63,980 nucleotides of DNA, filler included, from Lama guanicoe (GCA_013239625.1; 81 parts of 79 records of this genome joined end to end with filler, not necessarily neighbours in it), one strand, 5' to 3'. Shown: positions 12,492 to 26,159, numbered from the whole stretch's first letter. Numbers and translations: made by a program. Notes: a model not told the origin generated them from the letters alone.

Positions 12492-13703
12492 NNNNNNNNN
12501 NNNNNNNNNNNNNNNNNNNNNNNNNNNNNNNNNNNTTAATTAATTAANNNNNNNNNNNNNNNNNNNNNNNNNNNNNNNNNNNNNNNNNNNNTGCTGACAG
12601 CAAAATCAGATTGGAATTTGGAGTCCTTGCTTTTGCTTTTCGTAGTTTGTAATATTACACAATTTTTGGATTTACTTACCTGAGCTACCTCTGATAATAT
12701 TTCAAAATGGCACATTCAAGTCTCAATTGTCTGGATAAAAGACTGCTTACATTGTCACTTCTTAGACAACTCTGGTAGTTAATGCCACTGTTGTCACTGG
12801 TATGGTGAACCCTTCCTTTTATCTGATATCNNNNNNNNNNNNNNNNNNNNNNNNNNNNNNNNNNNNNNNNNNNNNNNNNNNNNNNNNNNNNNNNNNNNNN
12901 NNNNNNNNNNNNNNNNNNNNNNNNNNNNNNNNNNNNNNNNNNNNNNNNNNNNNNNNNNNNNNNNNNNNNNNNNNNNNNNNNNNNNNNNNNNNNNNNNNNN
13001 NNNNNNNNNNNNNNNNNNNNNNNNNNNNNNNNNNNNNNNNCAGTTGGAGGCTGAAGCTGTGTGAATCACTGAGACCCTGTTTCTACATGTTACTCTGAAA
13101 CTGTGGGCTCAGATACCCTAGTAAGTGGACCTTGGTGGCAGACACCAACTCTGCTCTTCCCTCATTTCAGCTTAATTTATGTGTTTTAGCCCACCAAACT
13201 TCAGATGTACACATATTTTCTGGAGTATTGTTTTGTGTTGTAGTAATTTTTGTTGCGATGTGATCATTTAACTGACTGTAGATTTAAGGGGGAGACAGAA
13301 ATAGTTTAAACTTATGTCACTTTATTCAAAGTCTATAATTTTTCATTTAAAAGCTTAAATTCTAATAAGGACATTATAAAACAGTAAAGAAAGTGAATAA
13401 ATCACTTCCCTTTATATCAGAGTACTACAAAATATTTTGTTTTTCCTGGGTTTATTTCTTCAATGTTTTTCCCACATGCATGCACATTTTAGTATAATAT
13501 ATGCCTATAGTCTCTTTAAAATCATTTAAATTATTAAAATATTTCTCTGTGATATAAATATAGCCCTGTTGCTTCACTAATATATAACTAGTAGCTTGCA
13601 TATNNNNNNNNNNNNNNNNNNNNNNNNNNNNNNNNNNNNNNNNNNNNTTAATTAATTAANNNNNNNNNNNNNNNNNNNNNNNNNNNNNNNNNNNNNNNNN
13701 NNN

Positions 13704-14480
13704 AATATTGTTAACATGGCCGTACTAAACAAAGAAACCTACAGATTTAGTGAAATTCCTGTTACGAAAATGTAGTATTTCCCACAGAACCAGAAAATAA
13801 ATAACTCCAAGTTTTACATGAAACCATTAAAAATTGCCAAAATGATCTTTGGGAAAAATAACACATTTGGAGGTACAAACCTCCCAGATACCTTACTGTA
13901 CTACAAACCTACAGAAATAAAAAGAGTATGGCATTGGCTCAGAGATATAATCAATAAAAACAGAGAGCCTAGAAACATTTCCGCACACCTATGAGCAATG
14001 AATCTATGATATAGGAGGCAGAAGTACACAATGGAGAAAAGACAGTCTCATCAATGGATGGTGTTGGGAAAGCTGGACATCTACATGTAAAACAGTGAAA
14101 TTAGAGCATTCCCTGACATCATATACAAAAATAAACTCCAAGTGTATTAAGGACCTAAATGTAAGACCTGATTCTATAAAACTGCTGGAAGGGCATATAG
14201 GTGATACACTATTGCATATATTTCATAAGAATATTTTCTTATATCAGTCTCCTAAGGCAAAGGCAAAAGAAATAAAAGCAAAAATAAGCAAGTGGGACCT
14301 AAACAAACTTGAAAATTTCTGCACAGCTAAGGACACAATCAATGAAATTAAAACACTGCCTGTGTAATTGGAGAACATATTTTCAAACAATGCAAGTGAC
14401 CAGTGGTTAATAGATATAGGTTAATAGATATAGCATAGATTTAGGTTACACAACTCAAGGTGAAAAACAAAAACCCAATC
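13704..14480 (+). mobile_element. LINE-1 ORF2 fragment, degraded
   Basis: Peptide KLEHSLTSYTKINSKCIKDLNVRPDSIKLLE...KAKISKWDLNKLENFCTAKDTINEIK matches the L1 ORF2p C-terminal region. Confidence 0.9.
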
Positions 14481-14580
14481 NNNNNNNNNNNNNNNNNNNN
14501 NNNNNNNNNNNNNNNNNNNNNNNNTTAATTAATTAANNNNNNNNNNNNNNNNNNNNNNNNNNNNNNNNNNNNNNNNNNNN

Positions 14581-15399
14581 TCTACATTCTATATTCTAAA
14601 TTCTGTTTTCTGAAATCCATGTTCTAAATTCTGGATTCTGGATTCTGTATTCTATATTCTATATTCTGCTTTCTTCATTCTATTTCTGTATTATATATTC
14701 TATATTCTGTGTTCTGCATTCCATGTTCTTAATCCTGTGTTCTGAATTCTCTATTCCATATTCTATATACTGTGTTCTACATTCTAAATTCTACATTCAA
14801 TTTCTATATACTATATTCTAATGATGTGTCTTGCATTCCTTCTTCTAAATTCTGTGTTATTTATTTTGTATTCTATATTCTGTATTCTGTGTTCTACATT
14901 CTATATTCTAAATTCTGTGTTCTGAAATCCATGTTCTAAATCCTGGGTTCTATATTCTGTATTCTATGTTCTGTATTCTTTGTTCTGCATTGCATGTTCT
15001 AAATTCTGGGTTCTGTATTCTGTATTGTATATTCTATATTCTGTTTTCTACACTCTGTATTCTACATTTTATATGCTGTATACCATATTCGATATTCTGT
15101 GTTCTGCATTCCATGTTCTAAATTCTGTGTTCTGTATTCTGTATTCTATATTCTATACTCTATGTTCTGCATTCCATGTTCTAAATTCTGGGTTCTGTAT
15201 TGTGTATTCTATATTCTATATTCTGTGTTCTACATTCTATTTCTCTATTCTCTATTATTCTGCATTTCATGTTCTACATCCTGTGTTCTGAATTCTGTAT
15301 TCCATATTCTATATTCTGTGTTCTTCATTCTATATTCTACATTCTATTTCTGTATAATACATTCTATATTCTGTCCTGCATTCCTTGTTCTAAATTCTG
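14581..15399 (+). repeat. Heptamer-based AT-rich satellite
   Basis: Same 7-nt unit set as 7960-8935. Confidence 0.95.
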
Positions 15400-15499
15400 N
15401 NNNNNNNNNNNNNNNNNNNNNNNNNNNNNNNNNNNNNNNNNNNTTAATTAATTAANNNNNNNNNNNNNNNNNNNNNNNNNNNNNNNNNNNNNNNNNNNN

Positions 15500-16302
15500 G
15501 CCTGCTGGAATGATCCCGCAGACCTACTTGGTGTCCTCGGTGCCGTACAGTGCCGGTGCCATCCAAAATGCAACATCCGCATTTGGGAGATAGTGCTGAA
15601 GGAAATGCTTCCTCTTCTCACGCTGTGGACTTGGACCACACTTCCTTGTCCTCTCATCCCTGTGGCATGGGTGCACGAAGGCAAACACAGAGGTGTTGTG
15701 CATCCTGTGCCTCAAACCAAAGCATAATCCCAGCCCAGGTTATGAATGTAGCAGATCCTAAGGCTTTTCATTCTGATTTCAAACCCAAGGCCCCCTGGAT
15801 CCCTCAGACCAGATGCACGATAGCTCTGATTCAGCCCCACACGTGCTCTATTGGCAAAATGCCCAATTGGTCCCTGGTCCTGCAGATGCACTGGACATAT
15901 CGGTAATCTCAAACGCGCGGCCAGTGTGGTTGCTTTATCATTGGTACACAGTTCGGTTTGCTCTCTTGATTCGACCCACCACATCCCATAACGCACTCCA
16001 GATCCCTGAGACTCAGCGTGTGCCATCATCCGTAGCCCTATCCCTCACTGTCCGTTGCCTCTGCTACCTCAAATTTGGCAGCTCGGATCTTGGTCTCAGA
16101 ATCAACTGTGGGGATATTTTGCGCTTGTTTCTTTGAGTTCTGTCAGCCTAGCATCTGCTGTGCACTCTTGTAAATCTCAGCACATCACCTTCAATCCAAT
16201 GTCTACTGTCCGCTTGAGAGTGTGCGTCCAAGATAAACAGAATTTCACCCTTGTTGTTCCATCACCATGGGTCAGACCCTGCACTGGTTTCCATTCCCTG
16301 CT
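15500..16302. repeat. Complex multi-copy repeat, segment B (overlaps paralogous contig 25185-25727)
   Basis: 15500-15592 aligns to 25633-25726 at roughly 80-85% identity by eye. Confidence 0.75.
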
Positions 16303-17078
16303 NNNNNNNNNNNNNNNNNNNNNNNNNNNNNNNNNNNNNNNNNNNNTTAATTAATTAANNNNNNNNNNNNNNNNNNNNNNNNNNNNNNNNNNNNNNNNNN
16401 NNAAGCCAGGGTCACGATCCTTCTTGCACATGGTGTTGTAATACACTAAGTTGGCAGCTTGGCACTTCTAGAATACTTTCCCCACTTTCTCAGACTTAGT
16501 CTGCAGCTTGCCTCACGGATGCTGTGTTCTCCCCCATTAGCCTGCTCTCACATAGCCCTCAGACAGTGTACTTCTCAAGGAAACACTCAGGGAATAGTGG
16601 CAGGAAATTGTTAGAAATGCAAAGAAAATAGAGGAGACCTCTCTCCAAGAACACAGGGAAGAACTTACAAAAGCTCAGAATTGAGTAAGTTGCAGGTAAG
16701 AGTGTCAGGTGGACTCCTGCGGCCTCCTCAGTCTTGGATTAAATTCTGCCACAGTGTGAACCTTGGACATGAGAAGTAGGTAAGAACACTTCAGCTGTCT
16801 CTCTGCAGCCCAGGATGGTCCCTCTGTGAGAGGCAGAGCCCGACCTCAGGGAGGAGGCAGTGAGATGCTAAGGCAGAGNNNNNNNNNNNNNNNNNNNNNN
16901 NNNNNNNNNNNNNNNNNNNNNNTTAATTAATTAANNNNNNNNNNNNNNNNNNNNNNNNNNNNNNNNNNNNNNNNNNNNCTTAGAGTTGGTTTCTTTTTAA
17001 TCAGATCACATGTTTTTGCAATCCATACCTTTGCTGGATCTCTTTGGATCTCCTAATCTCACGGTGCCAGGAATTAGG

Positions 17079-17082
17079 GGTG

Positions 17083-17112
<30 letters not shown>
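17079..17112 (+). repeat. (TG)n microsatellite, interrupted
   Basis: gtgtgtgtgtgtgtgtgtttgtgtgtgtgtgtg. Confidence 0.9.
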
Positions 17113-17113
<1 letters not shown>

Positions 17114-17779
17114 TCATCAGTCATGTCATACGGTGCCTTCCTACCAGGATCACCTCTTCCTGGGCCTGCTCCCATATCTCGGGAACCTCAACACTACAGC
17201 CCTGTTGCCTGTCCCTACTTCCAGTGTGAGCTGGACTGTTAGGCACAAAAGTCATGCTAAATTTCCGATTTAGGAAATTCTGTTTCTGGAACCATTGCTG
17301 CTGTACTAAGCAGATCTGTGCAGAGATAAGCTTGCTACTATCTTAGCATTTCTCAGGCTTTTCCTGGAGTTTCTCCCTCACTGCCATCACCTTCTGCTCT
17401 CCTACCCAGGGCTGTGGGCAGTTACTGGAGAAAGTCCACGAACGTCCGAGAGGCCTGCTCTGAGCTGCCTGCGTACCCTGCACTGAGCAGCACATGTTTT
17501 ATTTCCCACTGCCTCTTGCTGGCCCTTCCCTGTTTCAAATGCCTTTCCTTGTCCTTAGCAACCATCCAGCCTATTCATTCTGAGCTGGGACTCTCTCATT
17601 TTATTGGGAGTTTGGAGTTTTATGTGATCTTACTCAGTTTCCTCTTACATGGACTAACTCTTCTTGCAAAAGTTCTGGAAAATATGCTTCTATTTTTCTA
17701 CCACTATTTTGTCCTCTATTATTCAATTTCTAGTCACATCACCATTTAAGATCTTTCTGAAAAGATGTCTGTTTCCTTA

Positions 17780-17907
17780 GTTTTTTAAAATAATTTTTTA
17801 AGATTTATCTTTTATTTCCTTATTTTATGTATTTATTGGGGGGAGTTAATTAAGTTTGTTTATTTTTAGTGGAGGTGCTGGGGGTTGAACCCAAGACCTC
17901 ATGCATG
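17780..17907 (-). mobile_element. Camelid Vic-1-like tRNA-derived SINE (3' half with A-rich tail)
   Basis: Reverse complement catgcatgaggtcttGGGTTCAACCCCcagcacctccactaaaaataaacaaacttaattaactcccccc: Pol III B-box plus Vic-1-like tail. Confidence 0.8.
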
Positions 17908-19151
17908 NNNNNNNNNNNNNNNNNNNNNNNNNNNNNNNNNNNNNNNNNNNNTTAATTAATTAANNNNNNNNNNNNNNNNNNNNNNNNNNNNNNNNNNNNN
18001 NNNNNNNTTCCAGAAGCCCTCCATTGGAGCCCACATCTGTGCAGCTCCCAGGGTCTTTAAGCAAGCAGAACACTCCTAGTCCCAACACTGGTTCCGGAGC
18101 AGCTCTCTTTACTCTGGGCTGTCTTGTCACTGCCCTGACTGATACCTCAGTCACATGTTTCAGACTGACCAGGCAGTAGTGGGCATCAAGCCCTCTCCCA
18201 GCCACATGGTCAGGGGCTGCATTACAGCCCAAAATTTGGCGGGCCATCAGCCCCCTCAGGGTGCCGGTCTCTCCACAGCTATGTGCCCTGTCACTGGTCT
18301 GNNNNNNNNNNNNNNNNNNNNNNNNNNNNNNNNNNNNNNNNNNNNNNNNNNNGGGAATAGGAATATCTTATATGTCTCAGACTGTTGACAAGCCCCCATT
18401 AGGCGCTTAAGCCTGCTAAGTCCTTAGGAGTGAATGGAGGTTTTGCTCTCACTGCTGCCAGNNNNNNNNNNNNNNNNNNNNNNNNNNNNNNNNNNNNNNN
18501 NNNNNTTAATTAATTAANNNNNNNNNNNNNNNNNNNNNNNNNNNNNNNNNNNNNNNNNNNNTTTCCATTTGGTTCTCGCCACCTCTTCCCACGTCAACAC
18601 TTAGAGGTGTCCCTCTGAGTGGTGGATGGGGGCACCTAAATGTTCTCTAAAAGACATCACCCAGTCAAGTTACCTCTGCACAGTATTTCAAGACTTTGCC
18701 AGTCTGAAAACTAGAGAAGATAACCTGTATGATATATATGTGAGTAGTCGGAGAGCTTGGTGAGGTCCAAAGTTTAGATATACGTAGACACGGGTGGTAA
18801 ATACATGGAAAAGAAAGCAAGGAGAAAGATGCAAATTTTAGCTTTTCTTCCTTTAGCGAGAGTAGCTTTCCATGACCTTAACAGAATGACTGATCAGAAG
18901 GCTCTTTCAGTATTTTATGATGAACACACAGAAACCTTGTATCTAATTCAATTCAATTCATACCTGAAAGTTTGCACAAAGAGATTGATTATGGTTACTG
19001 TGACAAACAGAAGCTGTTTATAAAAGCTGTTTGCTAAACTTTTAACATTCTNNNNNNNNNNNNNNNNNNNNNNNNNNNNNNNNNNNNNNNNNNNNTTAAT
19101 TAATTAANNNNNNNNNNNNNNNNNNNNNNNNNNNNNNNNNNNNNNNNNNNN

Positions 19152-19957
19152 GAAAAAAGAATACAGAAACCAGAATTTAGATCATGAAATGCAGAAAACA
19201 AAAGTTAGAATACAGAATACATAATACTGAATAATGAGATTAGAACATAAAATGCAGAGCACAAAATTAAGAATATAGAATACAGAATACTGAATATAGA
19301 ATTTAGAATATAGAATGTAGAACACAGAATATAGAATATAGAATACAGAATACTGAATATAGAATTTAGAATATAGAATGTATAACACAGAATACAGAAT
19401 AGAGAATAGAGAATATAGAACCCAGGTTTGAGAACTTGGAATGATGGAGAACTTGGAATGCAGAATACAGAATTTAGAATATAGAACACAGAATACTGAA
19501 TATAAAATTTAGAATATAGAATGTAGAACACAGAATATAGAATATAGAAAACGGAATGCAGAATATAGAAAGTAGAATATAGAATGAAGAACACAGAATA
19601 TAGATTATATAAAAGAGAAAATAGAACCCAGAATTTAGATCATGGAATGCATCACAAAGAATTTCGAATATAGAATACAGAATACTGAATATGGAATTTA
19701 TAACATAGAATGCAGAACACAGCATTTAGAATATAGAACACACAACACTGCATATGGAATCAGATCATGGAATGCAGAACATTGAATTTAGAATATAGAA
19801 TACAGAATACTGAATATAGAATTTAGAATATAGAATGCAGAACACAGAATATAGAATATAGAAAATGGAATGCAGAATATTGAATGTAGAATATAGAATG
19901 AAGAACATAGAATATAGATTATACAAAAGAGAATATAGAAACCAGAATTTAGATCAT
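19152..19957 (-). repeat. Heptamer-based AT-rich satellite (GAATATA orientation)
   Basis: Reverse complement of the TTCTATA-type satellite. Confidence 0.95.
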
Positions 19958-20902
19958 NNNNNNNNNNNNNNNNNNNNNNNNNNNNNNNNNNNNNNNNNNN
20001 NTTAATTAATTAANNNNNNNNNNNNNNNNNNNNNNNNNNNNNNNNNNNNNNNNNNNNCTCTACTTCTTCTAAGCCCTCCCAGCCATCTCGGGCTCCAGCC
20101 TCTTATCCCCACCCTGGGTCCCTCCAACACCCTCCGGGTTCTGCCAGGCTCCTCCAGGAGGGCTCTGAAGGGACCAGGTTTGGAGGACAAGGGCGAACAG
20201 TGTCATGCAGACTACAAATGCCTTGACAAATCCAAGGTGGACAAATCCAAGAAAGGCAGGTTCCCTTGCTGCAAGCCCACGAGGGACACCTCAATGGAGG
20301 GGGCAGGTCCTGATCTGGGCTTCAAAGGGGAGGTCAGGATGGGGCAGAGGAGACACTGGCTTTGCATGAGAAGTGTTCCAGCTTTGCCACACAGCAACCC
20401 TAGCACAGAACTAATGTAGGGTGGAGCAGGAGTGTCATAGGGAGGAGTGAAACAACTAGAAGACTTTTCACTGGAGAGATGGGTCTGTCCTAGAGATAAA
20501 GCTGGAAGGAAAAGATGACCAAAAACCCAGTGAAGCCTGAATGCTAAGCTGAGGGCCCTGAAAATCAAAGGCAATTGAGAGGCCACTCTTGGATTTTAAA
20601 GCTGAGAGTGACACTGAAGATGTGTGAGCTAACAGCCATGTGTCTGAAGACGCTGATGGTGCATAGGGGTCAGTGAACACAGCAACCTGGGTTTGAGGCG
20701 AAGGGGTCTGCCACTGAGGTTTATTGATAAGCATGTTGCCCAAGACTGTGTCAAAAGTTTCACTGTCAAGCCAGATGAAGTCTGTCCACTGCCTTTAACC
20801 TANNNNNNNNNNNNNNNNNNNNNNNNNNNNNNNNNNNNNNNNNNNNTTAATTAATTAANNNNNNNNNNNNNNNNNNNNNNNNNNNNNNNNNNNNNNNNNN
20901 NN

Positions 20903-21793
20903 TTCAGTTGCAAACTCCACACCATCCATATATATGGGGAAGTACAAGCTCTAATTCGGTTTTACAGTGAAACCGCAGGAACTTCAATCCGACACTAAGA
21001 AACAGTTTGAGAAACCAGAGAAAGTGTTTCTCCTACAACCCGTTCCCTTTGTGCTGGATGAACGAACGTCTCTACACATGCTCAGTTCTGAGAGATAAGT
21101 GTGTGTGAAAGCNNNNNNNNNNNNNNNNNNNNNNNNNNNNNNNNNNNNNNNNNNNNNNNNNNNNNNNNNNNNNNNNNNNNNNNNNNNNNNNNNNNNNNNN
21201 NNNNTTTACACTGCGCAGGAACTTCAAACCGGCACTAGGAAACAGTTTGAGAAACCAGAGTAAGTGTTTCTTCTGCAACCCGTTCCCTTTCTGTTGGATG
21301 AACGAACGTCTCTCCAAATGCTCAGTTCTGAGAGATAAGTGTGTGTGAAAGCCGTCCTTCACTTGGCTTGAAGTGAACACAAGTTTCTTTTCAGTTGCCA
21401 ACCCAACTCCATAAATATATATGGGGAGGAACAAGCTCCAACTCGGTTTTACAGTGCAAACCGCCGGAACTTCAAACCTTCACTAGGAAACAGACTGAGA
21501 AACCAGAGTAAGTGTTTCTCCTGCAACCCTTTCCCTTTGTGCTGGATGAAAGAACGTCTCTCCACATGCTCAGTTCTGAGAGATAAGTGTGTGTGAAAGC
21601 CGTCCTTCACATAGCTTGAAGGGAACACAAAGATTCTTTTCAGTTGCAAACTCCACACCATACATATATATGGAGAGGAACAAGCTCCAACTCGGTTTTA
21701 CACTGCAAAACGCAGGAACTTCAATCTGGCAGTAGGAAACAGTTTGAGAAACCAGAGTAAGTGTTTCACCTGCAACCTGTTCCCTTTGTGCTG
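20903..21793 (+). repeat. ~248-bp tandem satellite
   Basis: gaaaccagagtaagtgtttc recurs at 21251, 21499, 21748 (periods 248, 249). Confidence 0.95.
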
Positions 21794-21893
21794 NNNNNNN
21801 NNNNNNNNNNNNNNNNNNNNNNNNNNNNNNNNNNNNNTTAATTAATTAANNNNNNNNNNNNNNNNNNNNNNNNNNNNNNNNNNNNNNNNNNNN

Positions 21894-22709
21894 GTATTCT
21901 GTATTCTATAATCTTAATTCTGTGTTCTGCATACTATGTTCTAAATTCTCGGTTCTCTATTCTCTATTTTATATTGTATATTATGTGTTCTACATTCTAT
22001 ATTCTAAATTCTATATTCAGAATTCTTTATTCTATATTCTAAATTCTGTGTACTGCATTCCATNNNNNNNNNNNNNNNNNNNNNNNNNNNNNNNNNNNNN
22101 NNNNNNNNNNNNNNNNNNNNNNNNNNNNNNNNNNNNATTCAGAATTCTGTATTCTATATTCTAAATTCTGAGTTCAGCATTCCATTTCTAAATTCAGGAT
22201 TCTATATTCTCTTTTATGTATTATATATTTTGTTTTCTTCATTCTTTATTCCAAATTCAAAATTCTGCTTTCCGTATTCCATATTCTATATTCTGTGTTT
22301 AACATTCTAAATTCTAAATTTTATATTCAGTATTCTCTATTCTATATTTTAAATTCTGTGTTCTGCATTCCATGTTCTAAATTCTGGGTTCTGTGTTCTC
22401 TATTCTATATCCTATATTGTGTGTTATTCATTCTATACTCTACATTATATATTTTGCATTCCGTATATCCGTATTCTATATTCTATATTCTGTGTTCTAA
22501 ATTCTAAATGCTGTATTCTATATTCAGTATAATGTTTTCTATGTTGTTAATTCTGTGTTCTGCATTCCATGTTCTAAATTCTATTTTGAGTATTCTATAT
22601 TCTTTATCCTAAATTCTGTGTTCTGTATTTCTTGTTCTAAATTCTATATTCAGTATTCTGTTTTCTATATTGTATATCCTGTATTCTGCATTCCTTGTTC
22701 TATATTATG
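21894..22709 (+). repeat. Heptamer-based AT-rich satellite
   Basis: 7-nt periodicity, same unit set. Confidence 0.95.
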
Positions 22710-24304
22710 NNNNNNNNNNNNNNNNNNNNNNNNNNNNNNNNNNNNNNNNNNNNTTAATTAATTAANNNNNNNNNNNNNNNNNNNNNNNNNNNNNNNNNNN
22801 NNNNNNNNNGAATTCCTCCTCTCTCGGGGTCCGTGTCCGGACGCCCCCCCCCCCGGCCTGAGCCGTGTGGAGTCCCACTTCCAGATCGGGAAGCTGTCTG
22901 CCAAGGCTTAGCCTGGCTTTTTCTCTCGTGCGTTGGGAGGGTCCCAAAGATAAGCCAGCCAGCATCAAGGAAAAGGGCGGTCCTCTAATGAGCGTCTTTG
23001 CTGAAGGGTTTGTACGTGGCTTCCGAGCCCAATATGCATTGGCTACAGACACTTGATGGTGGAGGGCACGCTAGGGAGAGGACCAGTCTCCTCCCCTTTG
23101 TGCTCCTGGTCTGGGTGCTAGAGGCAAGCCTGGACTCCTCTCCCGAGAAGGAATGGCTGTCCCTTGGGAGAATAGGGCCAGGGGGTGCTGAGTGGCCCTG
23201 GGTCCTATGCCAACGGGTGCCCAGGAATCCAAGCCCAGGGAACGAGGGTGCGTGAGGCTGCTTGTGCCACGGAGTCCGGTAGTCCGGTCCTGCTCACCTC
23301 CGAGACACTAAATGTGCTCAAGGCGTCCTGTCTGGTTAGCTGGGAGAGGAGTCCTGAAAGGGGAGAACTGCAGGAGCAGGAGCACANNNNNNNNNNNNNN
23401 NNNNNNNNNNNNNNNNNNNNNNNNNNNNNNTTAATTAATTAANNNNNNNNNNNNNNNNNNNNNNNNNNNNNNNNNNNNNNNNNNNNATAAGGCTCAAAGA
23501 ACAAAAAGCAAGGAATCAGTACACTGGAGCTTATCTATTTGTAATAGATCACGTTCCTGACACTTGTTGAGCTTGGATTTACGAGTTAGGTTGTTAGCCC
23601 AATAAACTGACACTAAACTTCAGATTTACGAGATAGCCGAGCAGAATTTAGATCAGTAAACCGACACTTATCACACTTAAATTTGTGACTTAGCTTGTTA
23701 GCCCAGCTGGACTTTTCCTTCACATGAGGACAGCTCTCCCACACCCAGGGAACTACTGTGAGCCCTTGATGTTTCCACTAGGGTGGGGTGTGGTTTACCC
23801 AGGAGGGATGGGGACTCTGCACCAACACTCAGGCAGTCTGCTCTGTCTGGGGCTCTGATCTTGTACCTCCCACGCCAGCCCAAAACCTGGGACAGTGGAG
23901 CTAAGGCAGAGATCCTGCCTGCCTGTTTCCCAGCGTGTAAAAGGGGAATATGTACTCTTCCCAAGGTAGTTCTGAGTGACAACACCTGCGGGTGCTTTGT
24001 TCCCAGAGCAACAGAAAACCCAGCTTCGTGTGGGGGCAATGGGTGTGATCCCCGTAGGGTTTCTGCAGAAGCATCGGANNNNNNNNNNNNNNNNNNNNNN
24101 NNNNNNNNNNNNNNNNNNNNNNTTAATTAATTAANNNNNNNNNNNNNNNNNNNNNNNNNNNNNNNNNNNNNNNNNNNNTCCAGGTAAGAGGACTTCGAGG
24201 GCAGAGAATGGGGGTTGCACATTAGGGACAGAGCGATACAGGGCTAGGACATTAACCCCATGTTCTGGAGGCATGGGGACTAAGGCTGAAGAGAGGAAGG
24301 CAAG

Positions 24305-25060
24305 TGATATTCATTCATTAAGGGAGTATTTTTTAAACCAACTCTTGTGTTCCATGCACAGATCCAAGCAACAAAAACAACCAATGTTGGCCAAAAACCG
24401 TATTCATGGAGATGACTGCCTAATTAGGGAAAAATGTGTCTGTGAAATACCCACCTGGATATATGTAAAATTGCAACTGAGCTGAATGCACTGAAGGCCA
24501 GGCCAGTGTTTATATGAGGTCACAGATAGACCTAACAGAACAGAGACAAGCTTTCCTGAAATAATGCTTCTGATGAGAGACAGAATAATGAGCAAGAGTG
24601 AGTAAAGGATGGATTGGGCAGAACATCACAGGTAGAGGAAAGCTCATGTGCATGCTGGGGAGGAAGCAGCATGGTAGGTGGGCCCTGTGGCCAGGGAAGA
24701 GACAGCAAAGGGCGAGAGCAGTAAAAGGTGAAGGTGGGGAGAGGGGTCCAGGCATGGACCAAACAGGACATGAACATCGTGGTGAGAATTATGGCATTTT
24801 ATACTGAGACCCATGAACAGTGTGTGTGTGTCTGTCTGTGTGTCTGTGTGTGTGCATGTGTGTGTGTGAGACAGAGAGAGAGAAAGAGAGAGAGACGTGA
24901 CCACATTCTGTTTTAAAAGGATCACTCTGGATGCAATATATACGTAACAGTCTGAATGGGGCTGGGGCTATGGGGTGAATGCAGACAGATCATATGGAGG
25001 CACCTGCAGAAAGCAGAGGCCAAGGCAGCTGGACACGGAGTCAGATGGGGAGGCAGGAAA
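24305..25060 (-). mobile_element. L2 remnant interrupted by a (TG)n(AG)n microsatellite at ~24820-24896
   Basis: attcattcatt terminus, ttttatactgag, ttttaaaaggatcactctgg resemble antisense L2. Confidence 0.5.
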
Positions 25061-25184
25061 CTGGAAGCAAGTGATTAAGAACATNNNNNNNNNNNNNNNN
25101 NNNNNNNNNNNNNNNNNNNNNNNNNNNNTTAATTAATTAANNNNNNNNNNNNNNNNNNNNNNNNNNNNNNNNNNNNNNNNNNNN

Positions 25185-25727
25185 GGTATATAATGTAGAC
25201 TTCTAGGGCTTGGTTAAGTGAAAACTTTAGACTATCGGCTCTACACAATTGCATGGGTATTCTGTGAGGACAAATTTTCCTAGACATTGATGCCATGTCC
25301 TGTTCTTGTGTGTGTTGTCTGGTCTATCTCCAATTGCTGGTGTTGCCTTTGTTGTGATGAACCCCCCATATTATTTCGATTAGGATAACCTCATTTTGAT
25401 TACGCTTATCTCACAAATCTGAAAGAGCACAGGACNNNNNNNNNNNNNNNNNNNNNNNNNNNNNNNNNNNNNNNNNNNNNTGTTATTTTATTTTGGAGCC
25501 AGAAGAGCAGAGTGTGAGTGCGCTTGTGCTTTGTAGTGCCACGGGAATGTCCCACTGAAACCAGTTCTTCCAAGAGCTTCTCTGTCTAGAGAAACACCAG
25601 TGGAAGCATATCAATGGATGTCACACATCAGGGCCTACTGGAATGATCCCGTAGCCCGAACTTGGTGTCCACGCTGCTGAACCGTGCCGGTGCCACCCAA
25701 AATGTAGCATCCGCTTTTGAGAGATAA
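25185..25727. repeat. Complex multi-copy repeat, segment B (paralog extending upstream of 15500-16302)
   Basis: Its 3' end aligns with the 5' end of contig 15500-16302. Confidence 0.75.
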
Positions 25728-26159
25728 NNNNNNNNNNNNNNNNNNNNNNNNNNNNNNNNNNNNNNNNNNNNTTAATTAATTAANNNNNNNNNNNNNNNNN
25801 NNNNNNNNNNNNNNNNNNNNNNNNNNNCAGGGATGGGAAACCTTTCTCCAACCTTGGGTAATGAGGAATGTTTTTTTCAGTTTGTGGTTTGTCTTTCAAG
25901 CAGTTTTTCTGGGCTTTTGCTAATTTTTTTGATTTGTTTGGTTTTGTTTTTGCCACAGGAAGAGCTAAGCATCTCCATTCTGTATTCTAGCTGTGGTGTC
26001 ACAGGGGAAACAGCAGTGTCTACCATGAGATTATGCACAGAGTTACTAAAAGGGCTTCATTTTGGACATCACATCTTTAATCTCCCTGTATATCCCCTTA
26101 AAATAATAAAAATGCTGTTTCAAGTGAAAACAAAAATCACCAGCCCCATCTGAAAACAT

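Noticed and set aside
20180..20419. Cys/Lys-rich ORF (CHADYKC...FPCCKP) as a defensin-like peptide
   Set aside because: No six-cysteine spacing, signal peptide or convincing splice acceptor; part is a local gacaaatccaag duplication
20903..21793. Common origin of the 248-bp and 267-bp satellites
   Set aside because: Only short shared words (aactccac, tggggga); no collinear alignment visible
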